Positions 51,274 through 59,573 of a DNA stretch of 64,000 nucleotides are shown piece by piece. The DNA comes from a bacterium (GTDB taxonomy: Bacteria; Krumholzibacteriota; Krumholzibacteriia; G020349025). Location: NCBI GenBank assembly GCA_031362565.1, contig JANLSU010000054.1:29357-93356 (forward strand). The letters run 5' to 3'. The notes below the pieces were generated by a model that saw nothing but the letters and a program-made list of their open reading frames with translations, was not told where the DNA came from and made no database searches. A program made the translations under genes and the position numbers. How positions within the stretch are numbered: the stretch's first letter is position 1; every line of letters begins with the position of its first letter.

Positions 51274-51684
51274 GAATCCCCCATCGGTCCGAACCGCCCA
51301 ACCCCCCGCCACGCGCTCGGGATATCTACCGATGCACTCGGACCGCGTCAAGCGTCGGGCTCCGGCGGCCGCCGCGTTCACCCCCTCGCCCCAGCCTTAC
51401 GCGTCGCGGCCCAGCGCGCTGCAACCGACTGGGCCCGCCTCTGTCCACCGCCCACCGCGAGCGCCAGCCGTTCGCAACGGCGCCCGTCGCGTCCCACGTC
51501 GCCCGCCGCGTCCCCAACGGCGCCAGCCGCCCCGCACGGCGCCCGCCGGCCCCGCAACGCGCCGCGCCACACCCGGGCCCGCGCCCCGGGTGGCCTCCCG
51601 TTCCGCCACCCCAGGGCCCGACCCGACCCGCACCCGACCCGCGCCTGCCGCGCCTGCCGCGCTGCCCCCCCTGCCCCCCGCCCC

Positions 51685-51723
51685 TTGACACCCAGCCAAA
51701 CAGTAACTATCGTAGATACTGTT
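51685..51723 (+). promoter_or_regulatory. Sigma70-like promoter overlapped by a probable Rrf2 operator
   Basis: TTGACA (51685) - 17 nt - TATCGT (51708); inverted repeat AACAGTA-N11-TACTGTT at 51699-51723. Confidence 0.65.
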
Positions 51724-52152
51724 ATGGGATCCAGCACTCGATTCTCGGTCGCAGTCCACGTCATGACCGCCCTCGCGTATCACGATGGCGAGTCGATGAG
51801 TTCGTCGCTGCTGGCGCGCAGCGTGCAGACGAACCCGGTTGTGATCCGGCGGCTGCTCGGCCGTTTGGGAAAGGCCGGGCTGGTGCGCGCGCATCCCGGC
51901 AAGGCCGGTGGCGCCGAACTCGCGCGCCGGCCGGAGTCGATCACGCTCATGGACATTTTCCGCGCGGTCGAGGGCGGCAGCCCGTTTTCGATCCCGGACA
52001 AGCCGGCCAACAAGTCCTGCGCGGTGAGTTGCCGCATGAAACGCGTCTTGGCGTCGGTATTGTCGGAAACCGAGAAAGCCATGGCAGCGTCGCTCGAAAA
52101 GGTGCGGCTTTCGGACTTGGCGAGTGAGATCCGCGCCTCCGACCCTGGCTAG
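51724..52152 (+). CDS. Rrf2 family transcriptional regulator (YwnA/SaiR-like)
   Basis: STRFSVAVH, SVQTNPVVIRR, GKAGG..LAR.PE.ITL.DI, C-terminal NKSC.VSC. Confidence 0.92.
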   Translation: MGSSTRFSVAVHVMTALAYHDGESMSSSLLARSVQTNPVVIRRLLGRLGKAGLVRAHPGKAGGAELARRPESITLMDIFRAVEGGSPFSIPDKPANKSCAVSCRMKRVLASVLSETEKAMAASLEKVRLSDLASEIRASDPG

Positions 52153-52170
52153 CGTTTCTGAAACTCATTG

Positions 52171-52187
52171 GTAACCGTGACTATTAC
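52171..52187. promoter_or_regulatory. Second probable Rrf2 operator upstream of the alkene reductase
   Basis: GTAAC-CGTGACT-ATTAC; same GTAAC-N7 spacing as the box at 51703-51719. Confidence 0.5.
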
Positions 52188-52248
52188 AGTTTTGGACGGC
52201 CCGCACGAACGCGCGCCGTCGTGGCAGCCCGGACCTTCGAGGAGAACG

Positions 52249-53337
52249 ATGATTACCGCTGCGAGCTTGCACTCGGAATACAAACTCGGCCCGCTCAGCC
52301 TGCCGAATCGTCTCGTGATGGCACCGATGACGCGTAACCGCGCCGGCGCCGGCCATGTGCCGACCGATCTCGTGAAGACTTACTACGAGCAGCGCGCTTC
52401 GGCCGGGCTCATCATCACGGAGGCGAGCCAAGTCGCACCGGAGGGTGTCGGCTACCCGAACACGCCCGGGGTCTACAGCCGCGAGCAAGTCGCCGGCTGG
52501 CAGAGCGTCACCGAGGCCGTGCATCGCGCCGGTGGGCGCATTTTTCTGCAGCTTTGGCACGTAGGGCGCATTTCGCATCCACTCTTTCAGCCGCAGGGCG
52601 CACTACCGGTCGCGCCTTCGGCCATCGCTCCAGTGGGCGAGTCGTATACGCCGGAAGGCCTGAAGCCTTTCATGACACCGCGCGCCCTCGAGACCCGCGA
52701 GATTGCCGGCATCGTCGGGCAATTCCGGCGCGGCGCCGAGAATGCCAAGGAAGCCGGCTTCGACGGTGTCGAGCTGCACGGCGCCAACGGCTACTTGGTG
52801 GATCAGTTCCTGCGCGACGGCACGAATCGCCGAACCGACGGTTACGGCGGCTCGGTCGAGAATCGCAGCCGGTTCTTGCTCGAAGTCACGAGCGCGATCA
52901 TCGACGTGTGGGGACCGGACCGCGTCGGCGTGCGCCTGTCGCCCAGTGGCACGTTCAACGACATGAAGGATTCGAATCCACTCACCACCTTCAGCCACGC
53001 CGTGCGTGAGCTCGATCGTCTCGGGATCGCGGCGCTGCATTTGGTCGAAGGCAACGAAGCCGACGTCCGTCACGGCGGCACGATCGTTCCGACGTCGCAA
53101 CTGCGGCCGCTGTTCCATCGCACGCTGATCGTCAACGGCGGCTACGACGCCGCCCGCGCCGAGTCGGTCGTCCAAGAAGGCCGCGCCGATCTCGTGTCGT
53201 TTGCACGTCCGTTCCTCGCCAATCCCGATCTGCCGCGCCGCTTCAAGATCAGCGCCCCGCTCAACACGCCGGACCCAAGCACGTTCTACGGCGGCAACGA
53301 GAAGGGCTACGTCGACTACCCAGCACTGCCGGCGTAA
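52249..53337 (+). CDS. Old yellow enzyme family alkene reductase (NemA-like)
   Basis: NRLVMAPMTR, YY.QRA, QLWHVGR, ELHGANGYL, RTD.YGGS.ENR.RF, NPDLP, FYGG..KGY.DYP. Confidence 0.93.
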   Translation: MITAASLHSEYKLGPLSLPNRLVMAPMTRNRAGAGHVPTDLVKTYYEQRASAGLIITEASQVAPEGVGYPNTPGVYSREQVAGWQSVTEAVHRAGGRIFLQLWHVGRISHPLFQPQGALPVAPSAIAPVGESYTPEGLKPFMTPRALETREIAGIVGQFRRGAENAKEAGFDGVELHGANGYLVDQFLRDGTNRRTDGYGGSVENRSRFLLEVTSAIIDVWGPDRVGVRLSPSGTFNDMKDSNPLTTFSHAVRELDRLGIAALHLVEGNEADVRHGGTIVPTSQLRPLFHRTLIVNGGYDAARAESVVQEGRADLVSFARPFLANPDLPRRFKISAPLNTPDPSTFYGGNEKGYVDYPALPA

Positions 53338-53346
53338 CACTCCTCC

Positions 53347-53386
53347 CGGCGCGCGGTCGCGGTTCAACTCACCGCACCGCGCGCCG
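53347..53386 (+). terminator. GC-rich hairpin after the alkene reductase
   Basis: CGGCGCGCGGT...ACCGCGCGCCG stem with inner GCGGT/ACCGC; short T tract follows. Confidence 0.55.
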
Positions 53387-53444
53387 CTTTGCGAGCTCCC
53401 GTTCGCATCCTCTGCAGGACGTGGGCCGAACCCCGCTGGCCGCC

Positions 53445-54983
53445 TTGTTATCTTGCAAACACTCGTTCTGGAACGAGCTAAAATCCGCGCGCCAACGTTT
53501 CGCAACTAATTCGGTGACGCGGGTTTGCGCAAGGACACCGAGCGCAACCACGGGCACTGCCGCGCGGGTGCGCTTGCCGGGTCATGGCACCCGCCGATCA
53601 CAGAAACCTTCGGTACGAGTGTCAACGCCATCGACACTTCCCCATCTCTGCGGTTGACGAATGGTGCGCGGCCATTTCGGAGTCGGCCCAGGCGTAGAGC
53701 CATATTCCGCCGCCGGTTCGCGCGGCCTGTCGATTGCAAGATCCATACGACCGCCCGTCCTTGGGAGCATCGAGGGGCGGTGGTTCGAGTTCTTCGCGCT
53801 CCGCGTGTTGCAGAGACGCGAGAATGCTGATGCGGTTTTTCACCGGAGAAGAAAGGAGGCGACGATGAGAATCGGATCACCAGCCAGCCTTTCCGATGCC
53901 CAGCTTGTCGCTCGAGTGAAACACCTCGTGCGGTACGAAAGTCATGCGACGGCGGAACTTGTCGCGCATTTGGCGGAGTTCGACAAGCGGCAGCTGTACC
54001 TCGGAGCCGGTTGCCGGTCGCTCTTCACGTACTGCGTCCAGGTGTTACATCTCTCGGAACACGCGGCCTACAACCGGATCGAGGCGGCAAGAATCGCCCG
54101 CCGGTTTCCCGTCGTCTTGGTGCGTCTCGCCCGCGGCGACGTGCATTTGACTGCAGTCCAGATGCTGGCGTCGATCTTGACGCCCGAAAACCATCGCGAA
54201 CTGCTCGATGCAGCAAAGCACAAATCGAAGCGCGAGATTGAAGAGCTGGTGGCGCGGCTGCGGCCACGGCCGGATGTGCCGGATGCCGTTCGGAGGGTCG
54301 CAACGCCGAAGCACCCGCAAGTACAGGGAAGCGAACCGGAACTCGTGTTGGCGGCGGTGGCGCAGGGAGCCGCTGTGGGCCAGGCAAGCAACGGCGCTGT
54401 CGCGACACAAGGAACGGCGGACGCTCGGTCTGCTGCGGCCACACCGACGCGTCCAGCGGTTGTCGTTCCGCTGGCGCCGGAGCGTTACAAAGTTCAATTC
54501 ACCGCGAGCGCGGCGATCTATCGCAATTTGCGCCGGGCGCAAGGTTTGTTGCGGCATCAGATCCCGGATGGCGATTTGGCGGCCGTCATGGGCCGGGCGC
54601 TCGAGCTGCTGGTGCGGGATCTCGAGAAGAAGAAGATCGCGGCCACCGATCGGCCGCGGGCGGGAAAGCAAACGGCCGAGGGGCACTCGCGGCACATTCC
54701 CGCCGCCGTCAAACGTGCGGTGTGGCAGCGCGATCAAGGCCGCTGCTCCTTCGTCAGCCCGAGCGGCAAACGCTGCACTGAAGAGGATCAGATCGAGTTC
54801 GATCACGCGCGGCCGCACGGTGACGGTGGCAGCGCCACAGTGGCCAACGTGCGGCTCTTGTGCGCACGCCACAACCAGCACCAGGCGCGCGAGTTCTTCG
54901 GCCCGTGGAATGCCGAAGGTGTGCGGGAATTGCAGTTGCCGTACGGCGACTTGCTAGGATACTTCACTCGTTCTAGAACGAGT
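53445..54983 (+). mobile_element. Candidate palindrome-bounded HNH endonuclease element
   Basis: ACTCGTTCTGGAACGAG at 53461-53477 and perfect palindrome ACTCGTTCTAGAACGAGT at 54966-54983 bracket the HNH gene; third copy at 14280. Mobility is inferred, not shown. Confidence 0.5.
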
Positions 54984-55034
54984 TCGTTGTCTCCAGCCGC
55001 TGGCGGGGACGGCCTGGGGCTGTGGCGAAGTTGA
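53865..55034 (+). CDS. HNH endonuclease with DUF222-like helical N-terminal region
   Basis: AAGGAGG RBS; N-terminus LSD..L...E...TAELVAHLAEFD.R.LY...G..SLF.YC...L.LSE..AY.RI.AAR; C-terminus RHIPAAVKRAVW.RD.GRC...RC...EFDH......GG.....N.RLLC..HN. Confidence 0.9.
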   Translation: MRIGSPASLSDAQLVARVKHLVRYESHATAELVAHLAEFDKRQLYLGAGCRSLFTYCVQVLHLSEHAAYNRIEAARIARRFPVVLVRLARGDVHLTAVQMLASILTPENHRELLDAAKHKSKREIEELVARLRPRPDVPDAVRRVATPKHPQVQGSEPELVLAAVAQGAAVGQASNGAVATQGTADARSAAATPTRPAVVVPLAPERYKVQFTASAAIYRNLRRAQGLLRHQIPDGDLAAVMGRALELLVRDLEKKKIAATDRPRAGKQTAEGHSRHIPAAVKRAVWQRDQGRCSFVSPSGKRCTEEDQIEFDHARPHGDGGSATVANVRLLCARHNQHQAREFFGPWNAEGVRELQLPYGDLLGYFTRSRTSSLSPAAGGDGLGLWRS

Positions 55035-55120
55035 CCAGCAACACAAGTAGCAAATGCTGCAGCGAGTAGCTGCGGCAAGTAGCGGCAGCGACCGACTGCG
55101 GCGGCGGCCGCCGCTGTGAC

Positions 55121-56545
55121 TTACTGGCGCGTGGCGGCTAGTAGGGCTTCGATACTCTTGCGGGCGTCGCCGAAGAGCATGTTGGTGTTGTCGAGGTAGA
55201 AGAGGGGGTTTTCGATGCCGGCGTAGCCCGTTGCCATGCCGCGCTTGAGGACGATCACGACCTTTGCCTTCCACACTTCGAGGACTGGCATGCCGTAGAT
55301 CGGGCTCGCGGCGTCGGTGAGGGCTCCGGGGTTGACGATGTCGTTGGCGCCGATGACTAGGACGACGTCCGTCATCGCGAAATCGTGGTTGATGTGCTCC
55401 ATCTCGAGCACGATGTCGTACGGCACGCCGGCGTCGGCGAGCAATACGTTCATGTGCCCGGGCAAACGTCCTGCGACCGGATGGATCGCGAAGCGCACTT
55501 GCACGCCCCGTTCGCGGAGGGCTTTCGTGAGGTCGTAGACGATACTCTGTGCACGAGCAACCGCCATCCCGTATCCCGGCACGATGATGACATTTTTTGC
55601 GCTCTTCAATAGATCGGCGGTCTCGCCGGCTTCGATGGAACGAACTTCGCCGGCGACTTCCGTGGAACTCGCGGCTGCCGAACCTTCGGCGGTGCCGAAG
55701 CCACCGAACACGACACTCAAGATCGAGCGGTTCATGGCGCGGCACATGATGATCGACAGAATGGTGCCGCTGGCGCCGACCAGTGCGCCGGTCACGATGA
55801 GTAGATCGTTGGCGAGCATGAAACCCGCGGCGGCGGCGGCCCAGCCGGAATAGCTGTTGAGAAGCGACACGACGACCGGCATGTCGGCGCCGCCGATCGC
55901 CATGACCAAGTGCGCGCCCAGCACACTCGCCAAGGCCGTCATGATGATGACGTACGAGAGCCCGGTGGCACCCTCGGAGTTCAGAAATGGCACGGCCAGC
56001 ACGACGATCGCACCCGCGAGGAACAAGTTCAGCAAATGGCGGCCGGGGAGCAGCAGCGGCTTGCCGGTGATCGAACCGCGCAGCTTCGCCCACGCGATGA
56101 TCGATCCAGCCAACGTGATCGCCCCGACGGCGATGCCGACCCACACTTCGATCAGGTGCACGAGACGCGATGCCTCGTCGTCGAAGATCCCGTGCGGCAC
56201 CAAGTACGAACTGAAACCGACCATGACGGCGGCAAGGCCGACGAAGCTGTGCAACACGGCGACGAGTTCGGGCATGCCGGTCATCTCGACGCGGCGCGCG
56301 AGCGCGGCGCCGATGCTGCCGCCGACCACAATCGCGACCACGAGCATCGCCAATCCCAGCTCGTGTTCTGCGACGCCGTTATGCAACCAACCCACTGCGG
56401 TAATGAGAATGGCAAGTGCCATTCCCACCATGCCGTACACGTTGCCGCGCCGGGCGGTTTCCTGCTTCGAGAGTCCGGCGAGGGCGCGAATGAAAAGTAC
56501 GCCCGAGGCGAGGTACGCGATGATGAGAGTGCCGGAGTTGTTCAT
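55121..56545 (-). CDS. pntB: NAD(P) transhydrogenase subunit beta
   Basis: [64 protein letters not shown]. Confidence 0.96.
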   Translation of the reverse strand: MNNSGTLIIAYLASGVLFIRALAGLSKQETARRGNVYGMVGMALAILITAVGWLHNGVAEHELGLAMLVVAIVVGGSIGAALARRVEMTGMPELVAVLHSFVGLAAVMVGFSSYLVPHGIFDDEASRLVHLIEVWVGIAVGAITLAGSIIAWAKLRGSITGKPLLLPGRHLLNLFLAGAIVVLAVPFLNSEGATGLSYVIIMTALASVLGAHLVMAIGGADMPVVVSLLNSYSGWAAAAAGFMLANDLLIVTGALVGASGTILSIIMCRAMNRSILSVVFGGFGTAEGSAAASSTEVAGEVRSIEAGETADLLKSAKNVIIVPGYGMAVARAQSIVYDLTKALRERGVQVRFAIHPVAGRLPGHMNVLLADAGVPYDIVLEMEHINHDFAMTDVVLVIGANDIVNPGALTDAASPIYGMPVLEVWKAKVVIVLKRGMATGYAGIENPLFYLDNTNMLFGDARKSIEALLAATRQ

Positions 56546-58170
56546 CGCTTGCCGCCATTCTTCGCCGCACTGGCCGGCACTTCGCGGTGGAACATTCGAA
56601 GCATGCGCTGGGTGACCAAGAAACCACCCGAGACGTTGATCGCGGCCACCAGAACGGCGAGCGCACCGAGGATCGTCGCCGCGTCGAGGCCGGCGCCGAT
56701 TTGCACCATGCCGCCGACGATGATGATGCCGGAGATGGCGTTCGTAACACTCATGAGCGGCGTATGCAAAGCCGGCGTCACGCTCCAAACGACCTGCCAG
56801 CCCACGAAGCACGCCAGGATGAAAACCGTTGAATGCTGCAGGAAGTCGCGCGGCGCGAAACGCCCGAGCGCGAACAGCACGGCGATGACGGCCATGCCGC
56901 CGACCGTCGTGCCCCAGGCGCGTCCCGTAGAAGTCAGAATATTCGGCTGTTTCGATTTGGCGCCGGGCGGCGGCGGCAAGTGCCCGGTAGCCGCGGCGGC
57001 GCTCGGCGCCGTCGCCTTGGGAGGCGGGGGCGCCAGTTTCGCGCCGCCGTGCGCCAGCAACGCCGGGCGGATCACATCGTTTTCGAGATCCACCTTGAAG
57101 GCCGCGCCGTCACCCATCTCGTGCAGCAAGTGCACGAGGTTGTTGGCGAAAAAACGGCTCGCAGTGTTCGCCATGCGGCTCGCCAGATCGGTAAAGCCGA
57201 GAATCTTGACGCCGGCGTGGTCGACGACTTCGCCGGGGCGGCAGAGTTCGCAGTTGCCGCCTTGCTCGGCCGCCATATCGACGACGACACTGCCCGGCCG
57301 CAAGGCTTCTACGACTTCCGTCGGTACGAGCATGGGCGCTTTAGTGCCCGGCACGAGCGCCGTGGTGATCATAATATTCACGTCGGCCGCTTGCTGCTTG
57401 AAGAGCGCCCATTCGGCGGCGATGAACTCCTGGCTCATTTGCTTCGCGTAGCCACCTTGCCCTTCGCCGCTCTCCTGCATCGTGATCGTCAGGAATCGGG
57501 CCCCCAAGCTTTCAATTTGCTCGCGGGCCGCGGCGCGCGTGTCGAAGGCGCGCACTTCGGCACCCATCGCTTTCGCGGCGGCGCAGGCCGCGAGACCCGC
57601 AACACCGGCGCCGATGACGAGCACCTTGGCGGGCGGCACGGTGCCGGCGGCGGTAACCTGCGCGCCGAAACAACCCTGGTAGTACTGCGCCGCCTCGACG
57701 ACCGCCCGGTAGCCGGCGAGATTGCCCATGGACGACAGTACGTCCATTTTTTGGGCGCGGGTGACGCGCGGAATGCGTTCGAGCGCGAGCACGGTCAAAG
57801 AACGGGCTGCGAGGGCGTCGAGTAATCCGGGGTTGCGCTCGGGTTGCACCAAGCTGACCAGGACGGCCTGGGGCGTGAAGCGTGGCACTTCGTCGAGAGA
57901 TGGCGGCCGCACCTTGAGTACGATGGGCGCTGCAAGGGCTTCGCTCGCCGTGCAAAGCGTCGCGCCGGCCGCAGCATACGCCGTGTCGACGTAGCCGGCG
58001 GCTACGCCTGCCGACGTCTCGACTGCGAGTTCGAAGCCGAGGTCGACGAGTTTTTTGACTGATTCCGGCGTCGCGGCCACCCGTTTTTCGAGCGGCGCAG
58101 TTTCGCGTGGAACACCGATGCGAATGATGCTCTCCCCTGTTCGATGCGAAGATGTTGCGAATGAACTCAA
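56542..58170 (-). CDS. pntA: NAD(P) transhydrogenase subunit alpha
   Basis: RIGVPRE...[47 protein letters not shown]. Start either TTG 58170 or ATT 58125. Confidence 0.95.
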   Translation of the reverse strand: MSSFATSSHRTGESIIRIGVPRETAPLEKRVAATPESVKKLVDLGFELAVETSAGVAAGYVDTAYAAAGATLCTASEALAAPIVLKVRPPSLDEVPRFTPQAVLVSLVQPERNPGLLDALAARSLTVLALERIPRVTRAQKMDVLSSMGNLAGYRAVVEAAQYYQGCFGAQVTAAGTVPPAKVLVIGAGVAGLAACAAAKAMGAEVRAFDTRAAAREQIESLGARFLTITMQESGEGQGGYAKQMSQEFIAAEWALFKQQAADVNIMITTALVPGTKAPMLVPTEVVEALRPGSVVVDMAAEQGGNCELCRPGEVVDHAGVKILGFTDLASRMANTASRFFANNLVHLLHEMGDGAAFKVDLENDVIRPALLAHGGAKLAPPPPKATAPSAAAATGHLPPPPGAKSKQPNILTSTGRAWGTTVGGMAVIAVLFALGRFAPRDFLQHSTVFILACFVGWQVVWSVTPALHTPLMSVTNAISGIIIVGGMVQIGAGLDAATILGALAVLVAAINVSGGFLVTQRMLRMFHREVPASAAKNGGKR

Positions 58171-59573
58171 CGCGTGCCCGTCGCCGCCCCGGTGTCGAGA
58201 ATCGCGCCCCGGGTCGCGATCACTTCACGATAAAAATCCGCGCTGTGCTTCAGCGTCCGCTTCTGCGTTTCGAAATCGACGTGCACGAGTCCGAACCGGT
58301 GCGTGTAACCCGACGCCCATTCCATGTTGTCGAGCAGCGACCACGCATAGTAGCCGCGCACGTCCACGCCCTGCTGCATCGCCGTGCGAACGGCGCGCAG
58401 ATGTTCGCGGTAATAGGCGACGCGCAAGGGATCCTCGACGCGGTCCCCCGGCGCGACCGGCGGATCATAGAACGCCGCACCGTTTTCTGTCACGTAGAGC
58501 GGCATTTTCCCATAGCGCTGTTTCACCCAGAGAAGGATGCGCAGCAGGCTCGCCGGGTGCACCTCCCAGTTCGTAGTCATGTGGGTCGCCCGCGGCTGCG
58601 GCACGGCGCTCGCACCGACGGGCGGCGCCGCCGGATCATGCCGCACCACGCCACGTGTATAGTAATTAATGCCGAGCATATCGATCGGCTGCTGGATCTG
58701 CTGCAGCTCGCGGTCCGGGAAATTCGGCCACGCGCGGCCGAACATCGCACCCATTTCCTCCGGATAGCGGCCCAAGAAGATCGGGTCCAGGAACTGACGG
58801 TTCATATAGGCATCGGCGCGCCGTGTCGCCGCGATGTCCGCAGGCGAATCCGATGCCGGATCTTTGGGCTCGAGATTGACGACGATACCGATTTTCGCGC
58901 CGGTGCCAACGCCAACGCCCGCGCCACTGCCAGCGCCACCGGGCACTTCGGCGCGGAACGTCTCGACGGCTGCCCCATGCGCCCGCAATAGATTATGTGA
59001 CGCAAGTGGGACTTCGAACATCGAACGATGGCCGGGCGCGTGTACGCCGTGCAGGTAGCCGGCGTCGGTCACGACCCACGGTTCATTGAGCGTGAACCAC
59101 ATCGGGACGCGATCGCCGAGGGCGCGAAAGGCCACCCGCGCGTAGTCGGCGAACCAGGCGGCGATGTCTGGATTCAGCCAACCACCCCGGTCATCGAGCG
59201 CCGCCGGAAGATCCCAATGGTAGAGCGTGACGCACGGTTCGATGCCATGTTCGAGCAGGCAATCCACGAGGCGCGAGTAAAAATCGATGCCCTTCGCATT
59301 CACCGCACCCCGGCCTTCGGGCATGAGCCGGGCCCATGACAAACTGAACCGGTACGCGCCAAATCCTAAATCGCGCATGATCGCCACGTCTTCTGCGTAG
59401 CGATGAAAATGATCGCACGCGACATCGCCGTTCGAACCATCAAGAATGCGGCCCGGCGTGTGCGAGAAGCGATACCAGTTGCTGGGCCCGGCGCCGTCGG
59501 CGAGCGGCGAGCCCTCGATTTGGAATGCCGACGTCGATGCACCCCAGCGGAAATTCTCCGGAAACAGACTCAC
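58167..59573 (-). CDS. GH1 beta-glucosidase
   Basis: [20 protein letters not shown], catalytic TLNEP and [14 protein letters not shown]. Confidence 0.95.
   Translation of the reverse strand: MSLFPENFRWGASTSAFQIEGSPLADGAGPSNWYRFSHTPGRILDGSNGDVACDHFHRYAEDVAIMRDLGFGAYRFSLSWARLMPEGRGAVNAKGIDFYSRLVDCLLEHGIEPCVTLYHWDLPAALDDRGGWLNPDIAAWFADYARVAFRALGDRVPMWFTLNEPWVVTDAGYLHGVHAPGHRSMFEVPLASHNLLRAHGAAVETFRAEVPGGAGSGAGVGVGTGAKIGIVVNLEPKDPASDSPADIAATRRADAYMNRQFLDPIFLGRYPEEMGAMFGRAWPNFPDRELQQIQQPIDMLGINYYTRGVVRHDPAAPPVGASAVPQPRATHMTTNWEVHPASLLRILLWVKQRYGKMPLYVTENGAAFYDPPVAPGDRVEDPLRVAYYREHLRAVRTAMQQGVDVRGYYAWSLLDNMEWASGYTHRFGLVHVDFETQKRTLKHSADFYREVIATRGAILDTGAATGTR

Noticed and set aside
53775..53805. GGTTCGAGTTC resembling a tRNA T-loop
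   Set aside because: No cloverleaf, D-arm or acceptor stem could be built.
53865..55034. IscB/Cas9/TnpB or group II intron identity for the HNH protein
   Set aside because: No PLMP, RuvC or reverse-transcriptase motifs; only a C-terminal HNH.
55035..55120. Short (A/G)AGTAGC and GCAGC repeats between the HNH gene and pntB
   Set aside because: Too short and irregular to call an array; may be element-flank sequence but unsupported.
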